From Octopus bimaculoides (Eukaryota): 63,981 nt of DNA. Positions 35,170 to 48,339 of this stretch are shown here, piece by piece; within the stretch, counting starts at the first letter, position 1; every line of letters starts with the position of its first letter. The notes beneath the pieces are model-generated. The model did no database searches, had not been told where the DNA came from, and saw only the letters and a program-made list of their open reading frames with translations. The stretch is taken from positions 50,644,962 to 50,708,942 of the forward strand of contig NC_068994.1 of the NCBI RefSeq assembly GCF_001194135.2, read 5' to 3'. The position numbers and the translations under genes are program-made.

Positions 35170-35375
35170 GCAACTTTTCGTCAACTGGGGACCCGTATCG
35201 TACCATTTCCAAGTGGGAGAGAGTCATGTGATAAAACACATATGCATGAAATATTACTTGCCCACTTTACACTGAATTTTTTGCAATTCAAATTAATTTT
35301 ATTCGTCTTAGTGTGAAATTAGTAACCTAGAAATTCGTTGAGGGTTGCATAACATGTCTAGGGTCACAAGTTGCC
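35170..35375 (-). mobile_element. hAT-type MITE, second copy of 9882-10124
   Basis: ggcaacttttcgtcaactgggg.cc.gtatcgtaccatttccaagtgggaga...catatgcatgaaatattacttg is the reverse complement of 10020-10120. Confidence 0.8.
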
Positions 35376-37579
35376 TGTGAATGGACTACATGTATTTAAC
35401 ACATGTATGTATATGGATATGTGTGTATATATACACACACACACACACACACACAAACACATGTACTGTGAGGCAAGTTGGCCAACTGTTTTTAATCTCA
35501 AATCAACCAATGTCTTCTGAGAAGATCAAGTAAGCAGAAATTATATTGTATAGATGTATACATTTGTAGAAGGTGATGTATATAATGTGTCTATATACAT
35601 ACATGTGTATATGTTCATCAGCCTAAAGTAGTGTGTTGAGTTTCATGTTTTTATTTCGTGAGTGGAGCATACTTGTTCGGTAAATAGAGATCAATGAAAT
35701 AAGTATCAGACAGGAGTATGTATTTGAATTGCTATTATCGACAAAAACTCTTGAAGGCAACATTCCATCATGACCATAGTCAAAAAAGCTCCAGACCAGT
35801 AAAAAGAAAAAAAAAAATAAAGGTATAAGATACCATGCATTCTGTACTGTGTTTGCGTTCATGCTAAACTGTAAGGGTTGATAAATCCAAACTGGAAACA
35901 AACAATAAAATCCTTTATCCCTTTGTATTTACCTTTGTGGTGGTGGCAGCGTTGGTGGTAGCTGCAGTGAACTCTAAAGCAGGCCAAATCTAGGAGTAAC
36001 CCAGAGGCTGTTGTATGTTTGTGAGTGAAGATGTCTTTCTTTTGGATGCTGTCAAGGATTTTTGTATGTAACTCACATAGAAGTTTGCTATCTTATACTT
36101 TATTATTAGAAGCTTGCTTATTGACACTTATACCCCAAGCGGTTATTTTTTTCTTCTCTTCTTCCCCAATAGATAACAGAACTTGAATTTTATGTTTATA
36201 TTCTTTGGTGAAGTCCTCAACTCTGTCTGCATATTATCATCATGTCTAAATAATAAATCTTATTATGCTGTTGGCATGATAGAAGAAAGAAAATGAAAAA
36301 AAAAAAAAAGCAGCATATTTCCTCTACCACCATATATATCTGTTGAAGAACACTAGAAAAATTAGGCTTCAGACACAAATATTAACTGTTAATAAGGTAG
36401 TTGGAAGCTGGCAAAGGCTACAAAAGCTTAGCAGCAGGGACAACAATGGGGGGGGGGGAAGCAATTGTTCAGCATGGAAGAAGGGAGAAGGCAGGAAGTC
36501 TATATTGTGTGATACACAAAAGGTAAATGTAGTGAGATTTCATGCAGGCTGACAGTAGGTAGGATTAAGGCTTTATGTCCATGAATAGACTAAAAACTTC
36601 ACACCATGAATTTGCCTTGCTTTAGCTTGGTGAACATAAGCAGATACTGTTTCCATTACCTGAATAACATACTTTACAGGGGCTGGGAGTGGGGTTCAGT
36701 GAGATTTTTTAAGGTAAAAGAAATTTAGAAACANNNNNNNNNNNNNNNNNNNNNNNNNNNNNNNNNNNNNNNNNNNNNNNNNNNNNNNNNNNNNNNNNNN
36801 NNNNNNNNNNNNNNNNNNNNNNNNNNNNNNNNNNNNNNNNNNNNNNNNNNNNNNNNNNNNNNNNNNNNNNNNNNNNNNNNNNNNNNNNNNNNNNNNNNNN
36901 NNNNNNNNNNNNNNNNNNNNNNNNNNNNNNNNNNNNNNNNNNNNNNNNNNNNNNNNNNNNNNNNNNNNNNNNNNNNNNNNNNNNNNNNNNNNNNNNNNNN
37001 NNNNNNNNNNNNNNNNNNNNNNNNNNNNNNNNNNNNNNNNNNNNNNNNNNNNNNNNNNNNNNNNNNNNNNNNNNNNNNNNNNNNNNNNNNNNNNNNNNNN
37101 NNNNNNNNNNNNNNNNNNNNNNNNNNNNNNNNNNNNNNNNNNNNNNNNNNNNNNNNNNNNNNNNNNNNNNNNNNNNNNNCTCTGAGACTGGTATCAGGGT
37201 AAAAACAAAGATGAAACTGACTCAGCTCAACACAGCTAACCATTACTTCCCTCCCTGTAAGTAACCCCTTTGTAAGGCAATGAAGATGGGGCTACCAGCA
37301 AACAGAGCATCCACAGGAGGGCAAGATGTTAATCCTGGAGTCCAGAGGACTCCTGTTGTGTCTTGCAGTTCCCTCCCTACTTTCTTATCTGTCAACTAAT
37401 TAAAGCTGCTATCATAACTGTCACTAGTGAAATTTGGCTATAATTACTTAACCCTGGGTCAGTTATGATCCAGTAGATCTATGATTGAAAATGTTCCAAC
37501 CATAATCATCCTGTCTGTCTGTCTTTCAGACATTGTGTATCCAAGGCATTGAATGTTTGTTTTTTTTTTCATATTTTTC

Positions 37580-37762
37580 TTATCTTTTACTTGCTTCAGT
37601 CATTAGACTACAGCCATGGTGGGGCACCACCTTGAATATTTAGTGGAATGGATTGACCCCAGTACTTATTTTGTTGAACCGCTAAGTTACAGGGGATGCA
37701 AACACACCACATATCAAACGGTGGTGGAGGACAAACACAGATGCAAAGACACACATACATAG

Positions 37763-37801
<39 letters not shown>

Positions 37802-38205
37802 CGACGGGTTTCTTTCAGTTTCCTTCTATCAAATCTACTCAGAAGGCTTTGGTCAGCCCAAGGCTATGATCACATATTTGTGTACTTGTTTCAGTCGTTA
37901 AACTGTGACCATGTTGTGGCACCGCCTTGAAGAATTTTTACTTGAATGAAGCCTGTTATTTATTCTATCAGTCTCTTTTCCTGAACCACTAAGTTACGGG
38001 GGATGTAAACACATCAACACCAGTTGTCAAGCGGTGGTGGGAAACAAACACACACACACACACACAATGGGATTCTTTCAGTTTCTGTTTACCAAATCCA
38101 CTCACAAGGCTTTGGTCAGTCCAAGGCTATAGTAGAAGACACTTGCCCATGGTGCCACACAGTAGGACTGAACCCAGGACCATGTGGTTGTGAAGCAAAC
38201 TTTTT
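37580..38205 (-). mobile_element. Two tandem family-C SINEs
   Basis: 37580-37870 and 37885-38205 each begin ttacttg.ttcagtc.tt..act..g.ccatg. Confidence 0.8.
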
Positions 38206-39029
38206 ATCAAATAGCCCCCACCTTTGAAATCTCAAAGCTGAAAGATAATGCATGCTTAATTCAAAACCATGTGAATATATAAGCTTTACATCTGACAGAG
38301 TCGACTTATTCGAATTCCAAGAGGCTAAGAAATTTGATGCTGATTAGCTACTATTTCTAGCAAGTTGACTGACGACATACAGTCTCCATTGTGGGCTAAA
38401 ATTTTCCTGTTTAAATTTAAATTTCTTTTGTTTGTTTTTGAATCCCTGACAGATTAATCAAAGAATAAATTTAAAACAAAGAGTTAAATGGAATGGAATT
38501 CCACTTTTGGTTTTTAACCAACCACACTTCCTCCTTCTGACTTTTACTTGTAACAAACCATTGTAGTTTTTTTGCTGTGTACCCTACTTCTTTTTTTTCT
38601 TCCTTCAACTTATCTCCATCCATATTGTTATCTATTCTACATTGACCAGACACTCCAGATAAAAAAATTTTTTAAAAATTCCTCTCTCCCTTTCTTTCAA
38701 AATTCTCTCATTCTTCACACATTTTCAATTAAGTACCAATGACTAGTTTGTTTGTTTATTTATTTGGCTGCAATAGAACTCTGGGAAGCTAGATATTTGA
38801 ATTTCCTTTTGCTAGGAAAGTATTTGGTTTCACTGCTTCAGAATTCAAATTACCTACCTACCTACCAGGGAGTAACTTCACTTTTCTATGAACCAACAAA
38901 GAAACTGCTCTGTAGTCACGACCACCTACCTACCAGAAATAGCTGTCAAATAATGACATTAAGCCAGTAGTTCTCAACCAGAGTCCACTGGACTCTTGGG
39001 GGTCCTTATAAGATTTTGTTGCTAAACTC

Positions 39030-39632
39030 TTTTTCCTGTTTCAGTCATTTGACAGCAGCCATGCTGGGGCACCTGCTTAAAGGGTTTTAGCGAAACAAAT
39101 CGACCCCAAGACTTTTGTTCTTTTTAAGCCTGGTGCTTATTCTATCAACCTCTCTTTGCCAAACTGCTAAGTTATGGAAATGTAAACACATCACCACCAG
39201 TTGTCAGGCAGTAGTGGAGGACAAATATAAATATAAAGACACACACACACATAGATATATATCTAATGAAAGATATATACATACACATACATATAGACGT
39301 AGGAGTGGCTGTGTGGTAAGTAGCTTGCATACCAACCACATGGTTCCGGGTTCAGTCCCACTGCGTGGCACCTTGGGCAAGTGTCTTCTACTATAGCCTC
39401 GGGCCGACCAAAGCCTTGTGAGTGGATTTGGTAGACGGAAACTGAAAGAAGCCCGTCGTATATATGTATATATATATATGTGTATGTGTGTATATGTTGT
39501 GTATCTGTGTTTGTCCCCCCAACATCGCTTGNNNNNNNNNNAAGAATAAGTCCTGGGGTCGATTTGATTCGACTAAAGGCGGTGCTCCAGCATGGCCGCA
39601 GTCAAATGACTGAAACAAGTAAAAGAATAAAA
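39030..39632. mobile_element. Family-C SINE pair: minus-strand 3' half (39030-39255) and plus-strand full copy (39300-39632)
   Basis: aggagtggctgtgtggtaagtagcttgc...ggttccgggttcagtcccactgcgtggcacc... is the clearest family-C head in the window. Confidence 0.9.
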
Positions 39633-39634
39633 GA

Positions 39635-39706
<72 letters not shown>

Positions 39707-40194
39707 TGTCATCATTTTAATGTCTGCTTTTCCATGCTTGCATCGGTCAAATGGAATTTGTTGAAGCCAATTTTCTATGGCTGGATGCACTTCCTGTCAC
39801 CATCTCTCAACTGTTGGCAAGAAAATCGATATTGTTTTCACACAAGAATGGAAATGAAAGATGCTATTTGCATGATTGTATTGATTTACAACTATCACAT
39901 GATGTCAAGGCACTAACAAACACATGCACACACATGTACATATATAGATGTTCTACAGGCTTCTTTCAGTTTCTGTCTATCAAATTCATTCCCCAAGGCT
40001 TTGGTCAGCTGTGATAGAAGACATTTGCCCAAGGTGCCTCACACTAAGATTGAACTAAAACCATGTAGTTTGTGAAGTAAGCTTCTTAGAAAGGGCATCC
40101 AGTCGTAAAAAACCATGCCAAATCAGGCTGGGGGGTGGGGGTGGCGATCCCTGTTGTACTCTTTCGCCCCAACTTTCTTTCACTCTTTCTTCCT

Positions 40195-40318
40195 GTTTCT
40201 TGAGTAACGCTGCGATGGACTGGTGTCCCGTCCAGCTGGGGGGAACACATATGCCATAGAAACCGGAAAACTGGACCCATGAGCCTGGCTAGGCTTTGAA
40301 AGAGCGACGTTTATCGTT
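40195..40318 (+). mobile_element. SINE fragment (family G) with a V-SINE-like segment
   Basis: ctgcgatggactggtgtcccgtccag resembles, from memory, the V-domain motif ctgcgatggactggcg.cctgtccag. Not verified. Confidence 0.4.
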
Positions 40319-40431
40319 ATAGGTGGCAAAGGTAGCAATGACAGTAATAGCAGTGGTAGATGGGTGGTGATGATGATGACGGTGGTACTTCATATCCATT
40401 GCTAGGTACCTTTAATTTTAAAACTATTCAT

Positions 40432-40810
40432 TCACCCTTTTGATACCAACCCAACCTGAGATTGAACCTGGTTCTACGATACATACTTTTTGTTTTAAAG
40501 TGATCCACATTAAAAACTTCCATCAAAGCTGGATCCTGTTAAATTTCTTTCAACCACTTGAAGTACTTCAAATTTTCATCAAATTATTTTCAAAGACATC
40601 TAGTTTTGCATGTTGATGATGAAAATTGTGTTCACTTCTTTCTAGAAATTAATAATGAAAAAGTTACATTAGTGAAGAAAATTTGAAAAAGAAATTAGTG
40701 AAAATTAGAAATCATTCAAGTGGTTGAAAGAAACTTAACAAGATCCTTAAATTTAATGTTGATTTATGTTTCAAACACTAGCTTAATAACGACAAAGATA
40801 TTTTCAATGC
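40432..40810 (+). mobile_element. MITE family P2 interrupted by a GGATC-ended MITE
   Basis: cccttttgataccaacccaacctgaga...cttccatcaaagct|insert|ttaaatttaatgttgatttatgtttcaaacactagcttaataacgacaaag. Confidence 0.75.
40531..40746. mobile_element. 216-bp MITE with 32-bp TIRs starting GGATC
   Basis: ggatcctgttaaatttctttcaaccacttgaa / ttcaagtggttgaaagaaacttaacaagatcc (2 mismatches). The TSD is degenerate. Confidence 0.85.
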
Positions 40811-40992
40811 AGCTAATGCCCCACCATCCAACATGAACACTAGAAGGAAAAAGAACGAAAAGGTATTTTGCAAATAGGACTGGCAACAGAGTGAATTCTT
40901 AAACACTAGCATCGAAGTGAGTGTTAACATGTAAAACAAAGGGATGAGTTCCAAAAATACAATCAGTCATTTCCTCACAGCATAAATAGATC

Positions 40993-41360
40993 AGGAGTGA
41001 CTGTGTGGTAAGTAGCTTGCTTACCAACCACATGGTTCTGGGTTCAGTCCCCACTGCATGGCACCTTGGGTAAGTGTCTGCTACTATAGCCTCGGGCCGA
41101 CCAAAGCCCTGTGTGTGGATTTGGTTAACAGAAACTGAAAGAAGCCCATTGTATATGTATGTTTGTGTGTCTGTTTATCCCCCCACCATCGCTTGACAAC
41201 CGATGCTGGTGTGTTTACATCTCCGTAATGTAGCAGTTCTGCAAAAGAGACCGATAGAATAAGTACTAGGCTTACAAAGAATAAGTCCTGGGGTTGATTT
41301 GTTCGACTAAAGGCAGTGCTCCAGCATTGCCATAGTCAAATGACTGAAACAATAAAAGAA
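40993..41360 (+). mobile_element. SINE family C, full length with a short central microsatellite
   Basis: aggagtgactgtgtggtaagtagcttgcttaccaaccacatggttctgggttcagtccc...gtcaaatgactgaaacaataaaaga. Confidence 0.9.
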
Positions 41361-41403
41361 TACTATTTTGATTAATCATTTTGTTAAGTATGAGGAGAGA
41401 ACT

Positions 41404-41439
41404 GTGGACATGTTTTGGCCTTATTAAACATCATCAGCA
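41404..41439 (-). ncRNA. Decayed minimal hammerhead-like motif, apparently the same family as 33567-33592
   Basis: Minus strand: G-CUGAUGA-U-GUUU-AAUA-AGGCC-AAAAC-AUGUC-CAC. The palindromic stem III ACAUGU and the GUC triplet are retained; G12 is mutated to A. Confidence 0.4.
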
Positions 41440-41519
41440 ATTCATCAGGTTTCACTGTACTTCTAAATTGGTGGTATAATACTATAAAGGAGCAAGCATG
41501 AAAAATTAGTATATTCAAT

Positions 41520-41722
41520 ATTACATTCAGATTACTCTGTCAAATGTAATGCTTATTTATTTAAATAGTTTTGAATCAATAATGCATTAGCTCATAACTT
41601 GGTGATGTGATTATTTATTTCCAGAATTATATTGTAAGGTAGGTATGAAAGGCAGAACTTGGTCAATTTAAACACGAAACCGGTAGAATATTTGGGCCAG
41701 ATAGGGCCAGCTTAAACGCCAA
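41520..41722 (-). mobile_element. MITE family P1, diverged
   Basis: cattcagattactctgtcaaatgtaatgc...ggtagaatatttgggccagatagggccagcttaaacgc. Confidence 0.7.
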
Positions 41723-42529
41723 TAATGAAAGGAAGTAAACTGAAAAAAAATTTCAAAAGGAACTGGTGGTGATTAGCATTTAAAATAAACATACCCAAGG
41801 TTACGAAAATTTATAATTTCATAAGAGTAAAGAACATAGTTATTTCAACTAAGAGGGTCTCCCTAACACATACATGGCATTGATTTCATTGACACTGCTG
41901 GGAAGAGAGATTAAATTTGTCTCATTTAGGAGCTGAATTCAGAGTGCAAAATGTTCTTACAAAATCAAATATATTAAAAGTATTTTGTCTGGTTCTGTAC
42001 CATCTCTAACTCGCTTCTTCATTTCTGATAAATAATTAGTGCAATAATATCACTATGATGATGATAAACAACAAATAATGAGATTCAGAAGCAATTCTTA
42101 ACGATGTTGATGATAATGATATAATGATGAATTGCTAGCAAGAAATGTATGCATGAATGTATATGATATGCGTGTGTGTGTGTGTTTATGAAATTATAGG
42201 CACACATACACATTGTATGTGAAATATGTATGTGTTGTATACTGTTTAGAATATGAAGAATGGAATATTTAAAAGAAATATAATAAAATTGCTATTGTTT
42301 GTATAGGTGGAAGATAGTATTCAGTTTTGTATCCTCAAGTAAAAATCTTAGAATTTTCTCATAATTGTGGGTGTGTGTGTGAGAGAGAGAAAGAAAGAGA
42401 TGACTTTCTCTTCTAAAATTTAAAATACTGTATGATTTACTATATAATCTTATATAAATTTTGCTTTTGTTTATATTTTCTTTTCTTTGCTTTTTTAAAG
42501 TCATGTGCTTGAAAACTGTCTCTGAATAT

Positions 42530-42541
42530 ATATGGTATATA

Positions 42542-42605
<64 letters not shown>

Positions 42606-42641
42606 TATATGTGTGTATATCACTATGTGTATGTGTATATA

Positions 42642-42675
<34 letters not shown>

Positions 42676-42829
42676 CTGTGTATTATACATTTATACCATG
42701 TTATATTCATATGAAATGTGTCCTATTATATTTGTCAATAGAAACGAAATAAAATACCATTCAAAACTATTATTTCCTCTTAAGAATCTGAAGAGATTGC
42801 TTCATATTGCTACTGGTTACAAGCACAAG

Positions 42830-42867
<38 letters not shown>

Positions 42868-43330
42868 GATTTGTTTACTTCTTTCTTTCCAGCTTTATAC
42901 ATTTGCATTGTTTTGGCTGTTTTTAGGCTTCAGTGTATGTGTGTGTGCACACACACATATACACACATATTGTGTTGTGGTGTGTGTGAGTGTGTATATC
43001 ATGCCTAAATTTGTGTGTGTGGTATCATATGTGTATATATGTGTGTGTATATATATATATATATCTCTTCCCCCTCTCCCTCTCCTCTCTCTCTCTCTCC
43101 CCCTCTCTCTCTCTCCCTCTCTCTCCCTCTCTCTCTCTCCCTCCCTCTCTCTCTCGCTCTCTCTATGCACATACATCCATGTGCGGAAATGTATATATAT
43201 AAAACTGCATATATATTTGTCTGTATGTATCTATGCATATATACATACACATTCACACATGTACATGCATGTCTGTGTATATATATATATATATATACTT
43301 ATACACACAAACACACTTATATATGCATCA
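42530..43330. repeat. Compound microsatellite block: (TA)n, (ATT)n, (TG)n and a (CT/CCCT)n polypyrimidine tract
   Basis: Directly visible; it generates the spurious 249-aa and ERE/LSLS ORFs. Confidence 0.9.
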
Positions 43331-43787
43331 ACAAATTTTGTCTACCCTGTACAAGCATAGAAAAGTGGATGTTAAAAATGATGATTGTGTGTGTTTGGAT
43401 AGATGGATAGATAGATATTTATTCCTTTGAGGTTTTGGTTTATTTCAGATTTCTCTTTCTTGACCTAAATTTTTTTTTTGTTTCTTGGATTTTGTGTTTT
43501 TTTTGTTTTGTTTTTTGCAGTGAATAATCTTCCTGTGATAGTGCTAGGTGGCTTTATATATGTAAGATATCAGTAAAAAAAAAAGTATATACAAAAAAAG
43601 ATAATAATAATAATCCTTCAGAAAAGCAGACTGAAATTCCATAGATAATTGTGCTGAATTTGAAAGAGAATTTCCATCTTACGGAGATGGATATCACATT
43701 TTCTTTTCTTTTTTTTTTTTTTTTCNNNNNNNNNNCCTTTTCAAACACCAACAACTAGTTCATACAAGCCATATCTCAAATGCATAA

Positions 43788-43821
<34 letters not shown>

Positions 43822-44499
43822 AGATACATACATAGTAGTGGTTTAAGACCGAATTCTGTAAGTCTTACCCAGTAAATCTAGAGTTTTGTTGTTGTTGGTG
43901 TTGATGTTGTTTTAGTTTTTTTTTTTTTTTTCTGAGATTAAAGCAGTAATGACCATAGAGACTAGAAATTTTATATTATACCTGCTTTGGATAAAGATAA
44001 AAAAAAATAAAAAGGAAGAAAATATAAAATAGAAATAACGTTTTGCTTGCTTACTATTCGGTAAAACAAATATGTCAAATAAAATATTTCTATTGCTGAA
44101 GAATTTTTAGCGAAAGTTTTAATGATTTATTTATGTGTTACATAATACCCCTAAAGTGTGTGTCTAAATACCATGTTTTTTGTTTTGTTTTGATTTTTTT
44201 TTCTCATATCATTAAATAAAGAGAAGTAGGAGTAAGAATTTAGAAAGATTCTTGGCATTTAACCTTGTAGCTTTTTCTTGAATGTTTTCGCACTGTATTT
44301 CAATTCCGTAAACTTCTTTTGAAGGAAGACTAGAGTTTAAAAACCTACTTAATTATTTTATTAACATATTTTTAATAAATTACACAGCATATGGTTTTTG
44401 CTATTGTTTCTGTGGAACAGGGGCATTTTCTTAAAAAGAACTTATTTGGAAAAAAATCTAGACTTTGGAAGGAGTTATTAAAAACAATAGCTTTTGACA

Positions 44500-44640
44500 T
44501 GGCTGTGTGGTTAGTCCTGTGATCTTGGGTTAAGTCCAAATGCATGGCATTGTGGGCAAGTGTTTTCTTGCCATAGCCTTGACTTATGAAAGCTTGCAAG
44601 TGGATTTGGTAGATAGTCTGGAAGAAACCCATTTGATGTA

Positions 44641-44671
<31 letters not shown>

Positions 44672-45114
44672 GTGTGTGTGTGTGTGTATTATGTGGCAGT
44701 TGTATATAGCCATCTTTGTCATAGAAGCAATGTTGTTCATTTCCAACCTTCCATAAAAAAAACATGTCTGGTTAGGGAAAATATTATCTTGCTTGTAAAC
44801 AGGTGAAGGTTGGTGACAGGAAGAGTATCCAGTCATAAAATAATCTGCCTCAACAAATTCTATCTGATCCATACAAGCATGGAAAAGTGAACATTGAATG
44901 ATGATGTAGATGTCTTTATTTTAACTTACCACAAGGTCCTTACATGTAATCAAGAATTTTTTTTTTTTTTTTACTTCAAATATGGGCATTAAAATTGGCT
45001 GGATGCCCTTCCTAACACCAACAACCGTGCAAAGGTCTGTTTTAGCATTCTGTCCACAGCTAGATAGAACATCGGTTGTCAAGCGATGGTGGGGGAACAA
45101 ACACAGACACACTA

Positions 45115-45160
<46 letters not shown>

Positions 45161-45322
45161 GCATAACGGGCTTCTTTCAGTTTCTGCCCACCAGATCCAC
45201 TCACAAGGCTTTGGTCGGCCCAAGGTTATAGTAAAAGACACTTGCCCAAGGTTCCATGCAGTGGGACTGAACCCAGAACCATGTGGTTGGGAAGCAAGCT
45301 ACTTACCACACAGCCACACCTG
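44500..45322. mobile_element. SINE cluster: C (+, 44500-44640), B variant (+, 44700-44910), C (-, 45065-45322)
   Basis: Diagnostic motifs gtggatttggtag, gaaggttggtgacaggaagagtatcc and acaaggctttggtcggcccaagg. Confidence 0.75.
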
Positions 45323-46198
45323 CACCTATGATGTTTAAAAAATCCTATTTTATTTTTCTAATTAAGTGTCATTAGGAATTGAGTAAAACAAATTGTTAGA
45401 ATAATTTATATCTTGTAGATGTATAAGTAACTTATTGCACATAAATTTTTAACAACAGAATCTTATATGGATCCCTAAGGGCCATATGGACCTCAGTTGA
45501 GAACCACTGAATTAGTGCTAAGTTATCACGTCATTTAGAACACAGGAATGGATCATGCATTTTCTTTCTTTATCAATTTTTCTTTTTTTCTTCAAAATCC
45601 TGTTATGACATTAAGATACTATATCCATTATACTTTCTTCAGAACTCATGGCTGTCTTCAACCTCTTTCTCATTAATTAAACATAGGATATACCTTTTTT
45701 TTCTCTTTTAGCCAATGGTCAGATACATTGAGAATTTTATTCTTTTCTCCCTTTTAATCACAAAGTTTACCATTAACCTAATTTCCCTGTATGATGTTTT
45801 TCGCGCACTTGTAATGTAGAACCTTTCAAAAGGTTCATGCAAATTTAATAAGACTGGTTCCTATCTAAAGAGAAGTTGCAAATTTTCATAAATGCATTCC
45901 ATCTTATCTTTACCATTTTCAATAAAAAAAAGAAATGTCATTTAAATAGGTATCTATCTTAATCTCTTTAAATACTCGTTCTTTGAAGCTATTCATTACA
46001 CATCAATCGGCTCATCTTTGTGAAGAGATGAAAAGGAATATGTTTCCTTCCACTTTTTTTTTTTTTTCTGTTGTGTGGGGAAAATGTTAGTGGGTTCAGT
46101 TATGGCTCTGTTGTTAAGAATTTTGCTTTTGTAACCATGTGGTTTTAGGTTTGGTTCCATTACACAGCACTTTGGGAAAGTATCTTCTATGGTAGCTG

Positions 46199-46423
46199 TA
46201 ACCCTTTAGCACTTAAACCGACGGTATACAGCCTAAGATGTTCCACTTGTTTTATGTTCAAACTGACCGAATCAGGCCTCTCTCACGTACCCAACAATGT
46301 CATTCAGATCCTCAACAATCACATCATCAAAATCTCGATGCTGTGAGATAATGCATGATTAATTCAAAACAATATGAATACGTATTACAATTGACAGAGT
46401 AGCCTGAATGCTTAAAAGGTTAA
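46199..46423 (+). mobile_element. MITE family P1, complete
   Basis: taaccctttagcacttaaa ... ctgaatgcttaaaaggttaa. Confidence 0.8.
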
Positions 46424-46719
46424 ATCAGCCAAGGCTTTGCTGGGAGTGAAATTTGGTGTATATAAACATTATGAAAGTCCATGAGATTGTTACTGTTGGG
46501 TGGTTGACTTCATTCATTGATAGATTTAATACCATCATATACATGATACATAAATTCCTTTAATGAAGTCCAATCTGTTGTAAGGTCTCTGGTCAGAAAA
46601 TAACTTCTTGTCTCCCTCCCGCCATTCTTGGAACATTTGAAAAATGTCTTAGGTGCTGCCTGACTTCGTAATGTCTAAACCATTAAAAAGAAAAAGAAAC
46701 CTGCAAATTTAATTGCGTC

Positions 46720-46915
46720 ATGCTATGCTGGCACCACATACAAAGCGCCCAGTGCACTCTGAAAATTGTTGGCATTAGGAAGAGCATCCAGCTGTAGAAG
46801 CCATTCCAAAACAGATGACTGGAGCCTGATGCACACCTCCAACTTGCTGGTTCCTGTTAGGCCAGCCAACCCATGCCAGCATCGAAAACAGGTGTTAAAT
46901 GATGATAATGATGTT
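46720..46915 (+). mobile_element. SINE family B
   Basis: gttggcattaggaagagcatccagctgtagaag...aacccatgccagcatcgaaaacaggtgttaaatgatgat. Confidence 0.8.
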
Positions 46916-47389
46916 GGTGGTGATATATCCATGAAGAACATCTTCAAGAACTTCCCTGGCCTATATATAAGTTCAACATTAATTCTAAAATTCTCTTATT
47001 TAATAATTTACTTGGATAGCAAAAATATTTTCGATCTAGCACAAGTTCTGAGAAGCAAGTTCCTTTTTGCTGTTAAATTTCAGAAAACTGATTTTTTTGT
47101 CTACCCACCCCTTTTTTTTGTTTTTTTTTTATTTGAGAAGGCCACAGGGCTTTTAATAATTGCAAGCTGTGCACAGCAATCATTGATAGTGGATATCAAT
47201 GATCTGTAGGTCAGACAGTTGCTAGACATCATGTCTGACTTGAAGAGAAATAAAATTATTTCTTCTAACTGTTCCGTAACCACATTTCTAACAAAATACA
47301 CTGTTTGTTGTGTTTCAATTTAATTATAAAAATGTTCAAGAATTTAGATGCATTTAGTAAAATGAACCAGCTTTTACGCTTACATTGAA

Positions 47390-47551
47390 TTTCTATATTA
47401 AGCTTTAATGTTCAGGACATGGCAAAGAGATTTCTTCATAAAATTATGATGGATGGTTTTAATTTATGAACACTTTAAAACAAGCAGTTTTGCATCATAG
47501 AATTGGAGGTAGTGTCAAGATGTCAAGCGGGTTGGTATCAAAAAGGTTAAA
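47390..47551 (-). mobile_element. MITE family P2 fragment
   Basis: ...ttatgatggatggttttaatt...gcgggttggtatcaaaaaggttaa. Confidence 0.7.
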
Positions 47552-48339
47552 AGTGTGAGAGCAACATAGTGTTCTGAATCGATCTATTATGTCCTCTTCT
47601 CTGCATTTTCTTTCAAAGCCATTTGTTCTCTGTTTAAACCACCTCCATCATCTTAGTCTGGGATGATTTGTAATAAATTTTATTTCTGCAGTCTTCAGTC
47701 TTGAGTTTTCATGAATAGATTGTTAGAAGTTAACAGAAACATATAAATATGCAGAGTTCAAGCAAATAGTTTGGGAGTTGCTGTGCTAAGATTGATTCTG
47801 TTGACTCTGTACTTCTCGAACAAATATGTGAATAGCCTCAATAATATCTTGGACTATTTTATTATGTCCCTTTGTATTTTAAATCAGAATCCTGCACATT
47901 TGAATTTAGAATTACAGATTTAGGTTGTTTTTTTTTCTTCCTAGTATAACTTATTAGTGCCTCAAATACCACACTTTACTTTGACTCTACACCTTACCTC
48001 CAAAATTTATGGTCTTGCACTTGTTATTTTGATGAAGAACCAAAATAACAAGAATGTTTATAGAACAACTACAGATGAAATTTTTGATGAAGAATATTCT
48101 ACTTTACTTATTATCCTGTGCCTTCTCTCTCTCTCTCTCGCATTCACACATGCACACAAACACACACACACATGTACATAACGGTGTGTGTGTGAGTGTA
48201 AAGGTAGGACGGGGTGTCTATGTGATGAAGAATTATGGAGATAGTGTGCATACTTGTGTAGAGGCAGGTATGGCTATGAAGTACAGAGGAGCATGCTTAT
48301 TCATTTATGGTGGGAAGTGTCAGGGACAAGGCTGTGTTA

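Noticed and set aside
39300-39375. tRNA-like sequences with A and B boxes
   Set aside because: These are SINE heads; no complete cloverleaf is present, so no tRNA gene is called.
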